From positions 98,084,001 to 98,148,000 of the forward strand of contig OZ024741.1 of assembly GCA_964016885.1 (NCBI GenBank): DNA of 64,000 nucleotides. Direction: 5' to 3'. A program made the position numbers and the translations under genes. Shown here one piece after another: positions 50,354 to 64,000 of this stretch (position 1 is the first letter of the stretch; each line of letters opens with the position of its first letter). Below the pieces are notes generated by a model, which was not told where the DNA came from, made no database searches, and was given only the letters and a program-made list of their open reading frames with translations. This DNA is from Eledone cirrhosa. Lineage: Eukaryota.

Positions 50354-53300
50354 CAACATTTCAACCATCCTCTTACGGAATCACCTATATAACTCACCCA
50401 CACACACAACCAAAAAAATGTTTTTCTCCCACACGCCACCTACACCCACAGCACGCTTAAACCCCACGCACACGTGCTTTCCACCACATATTTACAGCCT
50501 CAGCCTCCTGATTCCTCTCCCCCCGCCCCTCTATCCACACACGCACAGACACTCCGACCTACAACCCCCCCCCCACACCTCTTCCTGAGCATGCAACCCC
50601 GTTCTTCCCCCGGCCCTCGCTTTCACATACACACACACACACACACTACACCTACACACACACACCACCTTCAGCCCTCCCCGCTCGGACACCCCGTCTC
50701 CGTCTCCCCACTCCACCCGCCACCACCCCTACACACCCCACACCCTTCCACCACCTGTTTTACCCCTTTTTAATTTAAGTTTATTTTGATCATGCTTTTA
50801 TATTTATTTTTATTTCATTCCTTTTATTTTGATCATGCTTTATTTTTATTTTTATTTTTAATTTCATTCTCACCGTTTCCTTTCGCTATATGTCTCTCCA
50901 CCACTCCCCAACACACCCTTTGAACCCTGTTCCCACACACTTCTCACCTGAGGAAGGGCTTATGCCCGAAACGTCGTTCCCTACCACCACCCCACTCTCC
51001 AGAGCGTGAAATTAATAAACATTCGTTGTACTGCCTCTCTGTTTTGTTCCTGTTCAAATTTTTCCATTATATATAATACACGCCATTACGGCTTCCATTC
51101 CTTTGGAACATAACTTAACTACCGGCTCAACCCCGATCTAATCCGCCGTGACAATTCTCCGAACTTTACACACCTTCCCGCACTTGGTCTTTCCTTCCAC
51201 GCATTACCTTTGTTTGATTTTGTTACTGTACTTGTTTATTTCCGTATATGATTCTTTGCCTGTGTTCTTACAATTTTATTTCTATGATTTTTTGTTCACG
51301 ATTGCCTGTGTTTTACCTTTATGATTTTTTGTCTTTAATTTTCCTGTGTATGCTCCCCCCTCCTTACGTTTTTCTGTTTCATTTTTCCTTCCCCGTCTCT
51401 GCCTATCCTGCGCACTCACTCCTTCGTTCACTCCACCCCGCTTCACACCCCTGCTTTCTCATCCCCCCCCCTGCTTTCACCCAACGCCCACCATGCCCAG
51501 CCTGAGATCCTTTCTCCACCAACTACATAATCGCCTCAAACTTTTCCTCACCCCCTTCCTCCCACCCTGCTATCACCCCTCTGCCCTTCAACTCTCCTAC
51601 CTCTCTTCGCCAAAACCCGGCACTCCAGCCACATCCATTTCCTCAGCCACTGCCTACGCCTCCACCTTATCCCCCTCGGCTTCCGTCTACACTTCCACCC
51701 TTCCCCCGCCACTTCCCCCTCACGCAACGTATCCTCACCCGATCCTCACGCCTCCTGATGCGCAACTCCATCCGCGCCTCCCGTTCCACCCTCCGCCAAC
51801 TTGACAATCAACTGACCCCCACCCTCCTGCGCCTTAACTCCACCTGCCACCCCCTTCTCGCCCAAGCCATCATCTCCTTCATCCAAAACCTCAACCACAA
51901 CCTCTTCTCCTTCCTCAGCTCCACCAAAGCCCGCAAGCTACACTCATCCTCCCAACCACCCTCATCCACCACCACCCGCCCATCCCCATACGCCCACCAC
52001 TCTCCACCTCTCCCTCGACCCACACCCCTACCCAATCTCCACCCTCCACCTCACCCCTCACCCCCCCACACACACAAACCCCACCACTTGTTGTCACCAT
52101 ACCCCCTGACCCCCCCCTCTCCGCACCTGAGCGCTCACTCCTTAGTAGAGACCTTCGCTTCATACCCCACACTCCGCACAGCGACGAGTTCCGCACCCGA
52201 ACGGAAGTCGAGCGATTCGTGCGACGCACTAAGCTACAGGCACATTTCGGCCGAACGCCACCGGCTCCGGACGCCCCGGACCCGTTTCTCGCCCTGGGCC
52301 GACGACCATCTTCTTGGACGCCGGCCCCAGGGCAATTTAGCACCCTGGACGCGTTCGTCGATGCCAGCCGTAGCGCAGTAAATCGTTTCGACTTCCGCCA
52401 CCGTTCCAAACGGTACAATATCTCACGGGGCGAACTCCTCGTTCTCCGCTCCCTCCGTAGCCGAGATGACATCGTCATCAAACCGGCGGACAAGGGAGGC
52501 GCCGTGGTGGTGTGGCGCGCGGACCTCTACACGGCCGAAGCCCTCAGGCAGCTCTGTAACCCCCTCTTCTATCGCCCTCTACCCTCCGATCCCACGCCCC
52601 TCTACCAACAACAAGTCTCCTCCACCATCCAAGACCTTATCGCATCCTCCCCCCCCCCCACCGCTTCCCACCTCATCGTCCACATACCCCGCACCCCCAC
52701 CATCTACTTCCTCCCCAAACTCCACAAACCCGACAACCCCGGCCGCCCCATCGTCTCCGCTTGCAACTGCCCCACCGAACTCATCTCCGCCTTTCTCGAC
52801 TCCATCCTCGCCTCCCTTGTCACCACCCTCCCCTCCCACATCTCCGACACCAACCGCGCCCTGCTCCTTTTCGACTCCTTCACCTACCCACCCGGCCCAC
52901 AGCCCTTCCTCTTCACCCTAGACATCAAGTCCCTCTATACCGTCATCCCCCACGCCGACGGCCTACGCACCCTAAAACACTACTTCGACCTTCGCCCCTC
53001 CCCCATTCCCTCCACCCCCACCCTCCTTCGCCTCGCCGAGCTGGTCCTCACCCTCAATTGTTTCTCCTACTTGGGTGTGTTTTACCAACAGGTCACGGGG
53101 GTAGCCATGGGTACAAGAATGGGCCCGAACTATGCCAACCTTTTTGTTGGCCATGTTGAGGCCCAAATCTTTGCCCAGTACACCGGCCCCACGCCCGAAC
53201 TGTACGGTCGTTACATTGACTACTGTATCGGAGCCACGACCCTCACCCGAGAACAGCTCGACTCCTTTCTCTCCTTCTTCTGCTCCTTCCACCCCTCCCT

Positions 53301-55888
53301 CCACTTCACCACCTCTATCTCCACCACCCACGTCCACTTCTTAGACATCTCCGTCGCCTTCGACCCCTCCCACCACTCCCTCGTCACCTCCGCCTTCTTC
53401 AAACCCACTGGCTCCCACTCTTACCTCGATTTCACCTCTTCCCACCCCATCCACACTAAACACTCCATTCCCTACTCCCAACTCCTCAGGATCCGCCGCA
53501 TCTGTAGCCGAGATACTGACTTCGAGTCCCAGGCCCTTTCCCTTGTCAGCCATTTCATCCGCAGAGGTTACCCCCCTCTCTCTCGTCCACACCGCTCTCA
53601 CCCGCGCCCGTGCTGTCCACCGCCCCACCACCCTCACCCCACGCCACCGCACACCCACCCACCGTCTCCCCTTCCCCATCACCTACCACCCCTCCACCTT
53701 ACCCCTCCACCGCACCACCCTCCGCTTCTTCCGACGCCTCCAGTCCGACCCCTCCACCTCCCACATCTTCCCAACTCCACCACTCCCCTCCTTCAAACGC
53801 GCACGCAATCTCCGCACCCTCCTCGTCCACAGCTCCCTACCCCCAACCCACGCTCTGTTTCCCCTCCCTCCGGTTCCTTTCCCTGTTCTAGGCCCCGCTG
53901 CAACACCTGTCCCCACATCACCAACACCACCACCTTCCAGGGTCCCAACGGCCACTCTCTCTCTGTCCGGCATGCCTTCCGCTGCACCTCCTCCAACCTA
54001 GTCTACGGACTTCGCAGCACGGAGTGCAGCGCGACCTATGTCGGACAGACTGGACGTCGCCTGGCGGACCGATACACTGAGCACCTCGTCTCGGTGGTTT
54101 TTCCCCCATCGCCCGCCACTTTGGTGGCCCTGGACATTCCGTACGCCATCTCACAGTCTGTGGCCTACTCCAATGCCACGGAACACCCGCCAATCGCCTT
54201 AGAGTCGAACAATGAACTATCTTCATCTTACAGACCCACACTCCCCCCGGCCTGAACTCCCCACTCTTATTCCTTTAGCCTTCGACCGCCCCCCTTCCCC
54301 CACACTTATCCCCACTAACACCACTAACACACCCCTCCTTTTCACCGCCCACCCCACAACTAACAATACTAACACCTCCACCTCACCCCTCATCCGACCA
54401 CCCTTCCCCAACTAACATACTAACATCCCTCCTTTCTTCTCCTCCTCCCCCCTCCTTATCACACGCACACACCCACCGGCACATATATACACGCGCTCAC
54501 ACTAAACACACACCCTACTACCAAAACTAACCCTCACCCCACACCTCCATCCCACCACCCCGCAACTAACCTCACTAACACCCCCTGACCCCAAGTACAC
54601 GAACACACGCACCCACTTACACCACCCACCCCACACGCAAATAACATCACTAACACCCCCGAACCCCACGTACACGTACCCACACACCCTCGTACACCAC
54701 CAACTCTAGACACCCTACCACCACTAAACCCCACTCACACCTGCATTCAACCCTTTCCCCAACTCTCGTATACTAACACCCACTAACACCCCCTTCATCA
54801 AACTACACACACACCAGTACACCACACTCCCTCCATAGAACTACACACACCCTTCTCTCCCCGCTCCACCCACACCCTCGCTCCACACTCACTCATCCCA
54901 CTAACACCTCTACTAATACACACACACACCCTCCTCACTCCAACATTCACACCTACCCATCCTCGCCCCTTTACCATTCCACCTGGCTGCTGCTGTGCCC
55001 TCTGACCGCCTCCCGGCGCAGACAGACACACAGCACTCCTACCGCTTGACCACTTCCTGTTGCGCGCGCGCCCCACATCTCTCCTCTTCCGACCATCTCT
55101 TCATGGAATACTCGTATGTGGAACTTGACCACTATGGAATCTACTAAACATCATAGGAATTTACCAACATTTCAACCTTCCTCTTACGGAATCACCTATA
55201 TAACTCACCCACACACACACTCAAAAAATGTTTTTTCTCCCACACGCCACCTCCACCCACAGCACGCTTAACCCCACACACACGTGCTTTCCACCACATA
55301 TTTACACCCTCAGGCTCCTGATTCCTCTCCCCCCGCCCTTCTATCCACACACGCACAGACACTCCGACCTACCCCCCCCCCCCCACACACACACCTCTTC
55401 CTGAGCATTCAACCCCGTTCTTCCCTCGGCCCTTGCTTTCACACACACACACACACACACACGTACACCTACACACACACACCACCTTCAGCCCTCCCCG
55501 CTCGGACACCCCGTCTCCGTCTCCCCACTCCACCCGCTACCACCCCTACACACCCCACACCCTTCCACCACCTGTTTTACCCCTTTTTAATTTAAGTTTA
55601 TTTTGATCATGCTTTTATATTTATTTTTATTTCATTCCTTTTATTTTGATCATGCTTTATTTTTATTTTTATTTTTAATTTCATTCGCACGGTTTCCTTT
55701 CGCTATATGTCTCTCCACCACTCCCCTACACACCCTTTGAACTCTGTTCCCACACACTTCTCACCTGAGGAAGGGCTTATGCCCGAAACGTCGTTCCCCA
55801 CCACCACCCCACTCTCCAGAGCGTGAAATTAATAAACATTCGTTGTACTGCCTCTCTGTTTTATTCCTGTTCAAATTTTTCCATTATA
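50354..55888 (+). mobile_element. Near full-length Neptune-type PLE with ~720-bp direct pLTRs in (TA)n
   Basis: pLTRs at 50354-51070 and 55165-55888, each with CTGAGGA-AGGGCTTATGCCC-GAAA-CG-TC (50948-50975, 55765-55792) and AATAAA. Confidence 0.92.
51493..54255 (+). pseudogene. PLE reverse transcriptase + Cys-rich linker + GIY-YIG endonuclease, frameshifted
   Basis: IKPADKGGAVVVW, LPKLHKPDNPGRPIVS, LDIKSLYT, GVAMGTRMGP, RYIDY (YIDD mutated), CSRPRCNTC, NLVYGL..YVGQTGRRLADRYTEH. Confidence 0.92.
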
Positions 55889-57461
<1,573 letters not shown>

Positions 57462-57463
<2 letters not shown>

Positions 57464-58022
57464 AGATAAATCTACCAAAAGTTTACGGTAGTGTCCAATC
57501 CGCATGAAGAACTCAATGTAATCCGGATATCATGGAAAGAAGAGATGCATTCAAAAATCACTTTCGGTGAAAGATAAACGGAATGCAGAGTCAAGATAAA
57601 ATATTAAAAAAATAATGAATAAAACAATGAAACAGTTCCTTATATTAAACAAAAAAAGTTCATTATTTAACGATCGTTTCTAGGACATATATGTGTTAGA
57701 ATTGGCATGCATATTCAACAGATCTATGTACAAAATTATACAAAATTATACAAACTATCAAATAGAATATACATACCAACACATACATATGCCGTCTTCA
57801 GAAATAATCAATTATTTCTGAAGACGGCATATGTATGTGTTGGTATGTATATTCTATTTGATAGTTTGTATAATTTTGTATAATTTTGTACATAGATCTG
57901 TTGAATATGCATGCCAATTCTAACACATATATGTCCTAGAAACGATCGTTAGATAATGAACTTGTTTTGTTTAATATAAGGAACTGTTTCATTGTTTTAT
58001 TCATTATTTTTTTAATATTTTA
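57462..58022 (-). mobile_element. Fold-back element: ~211-bp arms with a 2-nt spacer, each arm an intact HHR, plus tail
   Basis: 57598-57808 is the mirror of 57811-58022; tail at 57462-57597. Confidence 0.85.
57811..57957 (+). ncRNA. Type I hammerhead with ~114-nt stem II (mirror at 57662-57808, minus)
   Basis: attattt-CTGAAGA-cggcatatgtatgtgtt...aacacatatatgtccta-GAAA-cgatcg-TT^agataat. Confidence 0.8.
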
Positions 58023-58026
58023 TATA

Positions 58027-58280
<254 letters not shown>

Positions 58281-58399
58281 CTACCTGGATTTGCGACCGA
58301 TAGATAGTACTAGCAACTGGAAAGACCAAGGGAAACATTGTTTCCTCGGTCCGATTTGACGAAAGTCGATCGATAAAAAAAAAAATATATATATATATA

Positions 58400-59012
58400 T
58401 ATATAAAATGACTGCCCCCTCGTTATCGAGTATGGCCATTGCACGATATACCATTATTAATAATTAATAATTAATCCTATCGTTCAATGCCTGTGCTAGA
58501 AGATATTTTTTTAAAGTGAGGAAAGACTGTGCACTGAGACAATCCCACTCTCTGAGCGACAGTAGCCCATAACACGAAAAGAAGAAAAGATCAACATCAT
58601 CGGTAACTACTGAGCCGCAGGTTTTATATCGGAATTATCCCAGTTTCCTGAGTTGCCTTCTACTAGAAGTATTCCCTGAGACAGGCTAGGGGTCCTTCAC
58701 TCCCAGTGTTTTAACCACGCGATCGGGTGTCCAGCCCGACTATTTCTATTTCCCCGCGCATATACATACACACAAGTATATACACATACATATGTACATG
58801 TGTATATACATATTTACACATTTTTGTATGGCCATTGACTCTTGTGAGTTCTTCCGTCCTTTGTCAGGTTTTGTTTTTTGTCCTGCAGGGTGTCCAAAAT
58901 CGCCCTCGTCACCAAGTAAACATGGTGGGGTTGCCGGTTTAGTCGCCGACGACCCGACCATGCGACAGGTTGTACTGGGTTTACATGTTACCAGTAGCAC
59001 TCAAGAGTGACC

Positions 59013-59087
<75 letters not shown>

Positions 59088-59555
59088 TACATAAATACAT
59101 CCAACCATACATTTAAGCATACACACATACATACACACATACATACATTCATGGTGGCTGCCAACTCGTTTTCGAGTTCGGCCACTACTTTATATCCATG
59201 TAGGAGAACACCTACCGATGCGCTGAACAAGTGTGACTTTTTAGTCCAGCCAGCAACTTGAAAACTCTGGTACAAACACTACACTTGTGACAATTATTGA
59301 CACATAGTGCTGGGCCCATGGTACCATGTGACGACAAGTACAGAGAGATCTCCAGATATAAAGCAATGCCTGTGCCGTGAAGCTTTTATAGTGAGCAAAG
59401 GCACTGCACAAAACGAGTCCCACTCTCTTAACCAAGATGATATTTACCAAAAAGAAGAACAAGTCAACATCATTGGATACCATCAGGGTTGCAGGTGTTA
59501 TATCAGAGTTTTCCTTCTCCTAGAATTCTGCCTTGACAAAGGCTAAGGGGTCATC
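58400..59555 (-). mobile_element. Degenerate LINE 5'-UTR-like fragments (RTE-like)
   Basis: Two similar motifs on minus, ctaggagaaggaaaactctg and ctagtagaaggcaactcag, plus ggcaacccca. Family assignment is from memory and weak. Confidence 0.3.
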
Positions 59556-59650
59556 TCTCCCGGAAATTCGTACATTCATACATACATACATACATACATA
59601 CATACATACATACATACATACATACATACATACATACATACACACATACA

Positions 59651-61012
59651 TGGACCCATAAATAAGGAGAGAACCAGAACTGAATACCTCAGAAGAGTAA
59701 AGAAAATATGGTCATCAGAACTGTCAGCATACAACAAATACATTGCCCACAATACTTATGCTGTGCCAATTCTAACGCCAACATTTGGCCTACTGAACTG
59801 GTCATTGCAAGAACTAAGTGAGATGGATGTTAGAACTCGAAAACTTCTCAGTGTTACTGGGAACTTTAACATCAATGGTGATGTGGATAGGCTATACTTC
59901 TCACGCAAGGAAGGTGGCCGGGGTCTAAAATCAATATTAACAACATATGAGACCCGGATAGTAACACTGAAGCAACACCTTCAACAGAGGAGAAAGGTTG
60001 GCAAACATCTTGCCCAGGTTTATGACCATGAAAAAAGAAATATCATTAGAATAGCGACTGATCTGGAGGAGAGATATGGAATAAAGCCTGATATAAATCT
60101 CTCACCCAGAGAAATCGGAAGATCCTATTCAATGTTCAAACAAGATAAAAAAATTGACCAATTTACAGAAAAAGTTGTGCATGGATACTTGAGGCGTAAA
60201 ACACAGACTATAGAGGGGATAAACCGCTCAAAAAGCCTGGCATGGAGTTCCGACAAGTTTATGACATCACACCTTGAGGGATATCTCTATGCAATACAGG
60301 AACAAGAACTCCCTACCAAATATCTGCTGCACAAAAGAGGAGGGCCAGCAGCTGACAATAAATGTAGGCTATGTAAAACAAAGATCGAGGATGTAAGCCA
60401 CATTGTTGCCAGCTGCGAAAGAATGTCATCTCGCTACTACCTCCCCATGAGACACGATGGGATAGCTAGAACCATCTGGAACGCACTTCGGAAAACAAAA
60501 TTAACAACAAACGAGGAAGAATATATTGAGACAGATGGCACTAAGGAATACTGGTGGAACCTGAAAATAAAAACTGCCACCAAATTAAAGCACAACCGGC
60601 CTGATATTGTAGTTTGGGACCATACATTGAAAACGTGTTCTGTTGTGGAGATCAGCTGCCCACTTGATGTAAACGTTGTCAGAAAAATACAGGAGGAGGA
60701 CATCTACGGACCATTGATGAGGAGTTTACAAATCCAGTATCCAAGATACACCTTTAGCTTCATACCCATCATTATTGGTGCTACTGGTTATATACCAACC
60801 CGCTTGGACCAAAGTATGACTGAACTTGGATTTGCGGACAAAAAGCGCAGCTCCCTAATTCATAGTCTACAAATGGCTGCGACAGCTGGCACCTTCAAAA
60901 TTTGCAAAACATTCTTGCGATTCAAGGGATTACAATTTCTTTTCTTTTACAACCTTGCCACCAGGAAGGTGGCCGGTCAAAAAAATATACTCGAAATTAA
61001 GAGAAAGAGAAA
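59651..61012 (+). mobile_element. 5'-truncated R4/Dong-like RLE non-LTR retrotransposon in (CATA)n
   Basis: Open frame from 59652: RT thumb, DRLYFSRKEGGRGL, CRLC...HIVASC, RHD, NRPDIVVWD...VEISCP (PD-(D/E)xK). (TACA)n at 59571-59650 and 61013-61038. Confidence 0.88.
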
Positions 61013-62293
61013 ACATACATACATATATACATACATACACAGTGATAGATGGAATGAGAGTACATTGGACCAGAAATATCTCTTGACGTATTGGAGTACT
61101 GGAATTAGAATATTCAGGCAGAAAGAGAGGGAGAGAGCGAGAGAGATAAAGATAGGAAGGGGGGGAAGAGATATAGAGAGAACGAAGTCAAAGGAAAAGG
61201 AAAGAAACAGTTGAAATAATCGTAAACATAGTACTTTTTCTATGGACCAAATTTATTGCTGAAAGTAAATAAGAACCGTTACACATCACCACACTTATTT
61301 TGTAGCCAAGTACATTTCTACAGAAACATGTTACATATAATGTAAACGACCTGGAAAAAACATGAAATTACAGGGCTGTGCATGGGCCTGCACGACTATA
61401 TATTCAGCTTGAAGATACTTTACAAACAGGATCTACGAAAAGACGAAGCTTTAGCTTATTCGGATAAAGAATACACGTTGTACTATGTAGTCATTCGTTA
61501 GAAACATATCTTAGTGTAACGGACGTACGGATTGAATGACGTTAAATTACTTCAAAACTTCTTTTTACTTTCGTATCTTTTAGCCCTACCTTGAAATGTG
61601 TAATGTTTCTATTTCGTTTTAGTAACTCAAGATAATTTTACTACACATCTTAACAACGTTAAGCAAAGTTTATAACCCATATCAATTTCTAGATAGCTCA
61701 AGAGGAGCGCAATACTTCATAAAGTATTTCCTACTACTGCCCATCTCCCATCCTTTCAGCTTTCACCTTCTAGCATGCTCGTTGTATTTCTTGCTATAAT
61801 TCATTTCCTTTGTCATCAGCTGGAAACCAAAGTAAGGTTTCTTGCATTGAAGCAGAACTTGAAGGAGAATGCTGCTCATCATCTCAAGATGCTTTTCTTA
61901 CGAATCTCATTTCTGGTGGTGAAAGTTACCTATAATATAAAATATATTACTTGCTTCTTAATCGCAAAGTGCAACCAGATGATCACTACAATTTTTCTTT
62001 TTTTTAAACACACGTTTAACAGCATTGGTGATTATTATTGTAATTTTAGTGTTTCATAAGACACCGCGGCGTAAAAATATGTAGAGACGTTATTATAATC
62101 ATTAGTATTCATTGAGCTCCGGTGAAAATGTTACATGTGCAAAACAACTGAGAAAACGATGTCTACCTTACATAATCCTGGAGGACGATAGAATAAGTAC
62201 TAGCTGAGTACTAAAATAATTCCGATTGTATAGAAGACCATTCCTATCACTCTCTCTCACACACACACACACACACATATATGTACATGTGTC

Positions 62294-62349
<56 letters not shown>

Positions 62350-62888
62350 TAATTCAGCGAGAATCGTATTTCGGCTGGTAGAAAAAGCGAAACGAAATGC
62401 AATATCGTAGAAATGCTGGCAAGCGCTCAATAGTTAAAAAACTAGAGCTAAACAATATGTTAAAAGGCCATACGAACTGAAAAAGTGGTTAAGTAGGCAT
62501 TAACCACCTAAGCCAAAAAACAAATCAAGCTAAACAGGTCAAACAAAATAAATTATATAAACCTGGACCCAAATGGAATTGGTGGTAAAATCCAAATGCA
62601 GTGTTTCTAAGACACCTATATATATGTAGTTGCAGGCCGAGAGAGAAGAGTGTTCAATGCCGAAGTGGAGGTTAAATATTCAGTTTATTAAGGCGAATGA
62701 TCCTGTGAGGAGCAGGCGAAAATCCAGATAACAAAACTCACTATGTAGCCTTAATAAAATATATATATATAATTTGGCGTACGATTGAATAAGTAGCAAC
62801 TACGTACTAAAGTCAGCCCGGATGTAATGAAGACATTCCTCTGACTCATACAGAAACACACACATACACGCACGCACGCACACACACA

Positions 62889-62967
<79 letters not shown>

Positions 62968-63572
62968 GCGCGCATGAGTTAAAATGTGGCAAGGTCACTG
63001 GGGAGGATGATATTCGGTCCGGAATGTTAAAAACCTTAAATAAAGAAGCTTTTCTCTGGCTGACTCTTGTGCGTCGATTGCTCTTGATCTCAAGAAATAT
63101 TGTTGCAATTGTAGAAGGATATTATTGAAAGCCCCCCCCCCCCCAGTAAAGTCTATGTCAAGTGTAACAACGATACTGTAGATTCCAAGCTAACTGACAA
63201 ACAGTGTATCATTTGCTCCGGAAGCAGCACGGCCTATCTAAAATTCACAGGTCTTGGATCAGATATTTCAAGTACAGGTCCATCATCTCACGAGGCATAC
63301 ATATGGCGTGTTTGGTCTTAGATAAATCATTTTGACATCAGTTGAGATGCTTTTTTTTTTTACCTTGGCATATCTTTGGCGAATTTGCCCCCCATTGCTA
63401 AGTCAATTATGTGGGATTCAAGGTAGATTATCCTTAAACTCCTCTCATTGTCGAGGCGGTTTTATTGTTGATGGTTTTGCTAGTAGTAATAGTTTTAGAC
63501 ACCATCGCTGTATACATTCAGATCAGCCTACATACGTTCAAAGACATTCAAGCTGACCCAAATTATTTTTTT

Positions 63573-63794
63573 TTATACATTGGTCTGATTTAAACAACGC
63601 GCCCTTCCATGTGGGTATATTATTTGGATACTACTTCTAGAAGTTTCAATGACTGCATAAGATTCATTCAGGGATTCAGTTTGGCTGCTATTATTTTTTG
63701 ATGATTTTACTGTTGCTACTAACACTGTTATTAATACTATGGCTGATACCGTCACTGGTAATGTTTTCTTTGACATCCCACAGCCCTGTCTCAT
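63573..63794 (-). CDS. Candidate first exon with a signal-peptide-like N-terminus
   Basis: MSKKTLPVTVSAIVLITVLVATVKS followed by NNS, NES and NQT sequons. No homology recognised. Confidence 0.2.
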   Translation of the reverse strand: MRQGCGMSKKTLPVTVSAIVLITVLVATVKSSKNNSSQTESLNESYAVIETSRSSIQIIYPHGRARCLNQTNV

Positions 63795-64000
63795 ATTCGT
63801 AATTCAACACATGTCATGTCCATATCTATTTTTCTGACTAATTTTCGTCAGACGGAAACTCCACGTTTTGGATCAGTTTAAATATCGCTTACAGTCATTG
63901 ACATGCATTCTTCAGGTTTTCTTCTTTATTCATCTAAACATTTTTTACCCTTACTTTTTTCTATTTGTTAGGTTGGGGAAAAACAGAAGTGTGGTTCACT

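Noticed and set aside
57598-58022. Palindromes as sequencing fold-back artefacts
   Set aside because: Most arms differ by substitutions, have consistent unpaired tails and (TA)n flanks, and one is interrupted by a SINE. The perfect ones (7475, 47606) still need read checks.
60930-61214. C-terminal extension of the 483-aa RLE ORF
   Set aside because: Read-through into the 3' UTR, microsatellite and flank, probably after loss of the true stop.

Overview
AT-rich, microsatellite-dense eukaryotic DNA. The repeat content (tRNA-derived SINEs with a Nin/Deu-type domain, abundant (TA)n, Penelope-like elements, Tx1, R4 and RTE LINEs) suggests an octopus-like coleoid mollusc; this is inference. No host gene can be named, and only weak exon candidates are visible. 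The window is dominated by retroelements. (1) Many Penelope-like elements (PLEs) from different families sit in (TA)n tracts: one near full-length, many truncated with inverted pseudo-LTRs, and several reduced to 0.2-0.6 kb fold-backs. Most carry recognisable minimal type-I hammerhead ribozyme (HHR) motifs. (2) A non-coding ~449-nt tandem and inverted repeat has one HHR per unit, consistent with a retrozyme array (16987-20070). (3) Two full-length Tx1/L1-clade LINEs lie head-to-tail in an (AAT)n tract inside a PLE pseudo-LTR. They share a near-identical ORF2 but have divergent ORF1s and different 5' UTRs, and both have a putative 52-53-nt GT-AG intron that would fuse ORF1 to ORF2 in frame. (4) There is a 5'-truncated R4/Dong-like RLE element in (CATA)n, plus RTE fragments and SINEs. 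All alignments and foldings were done by eye and need computational confirmation.
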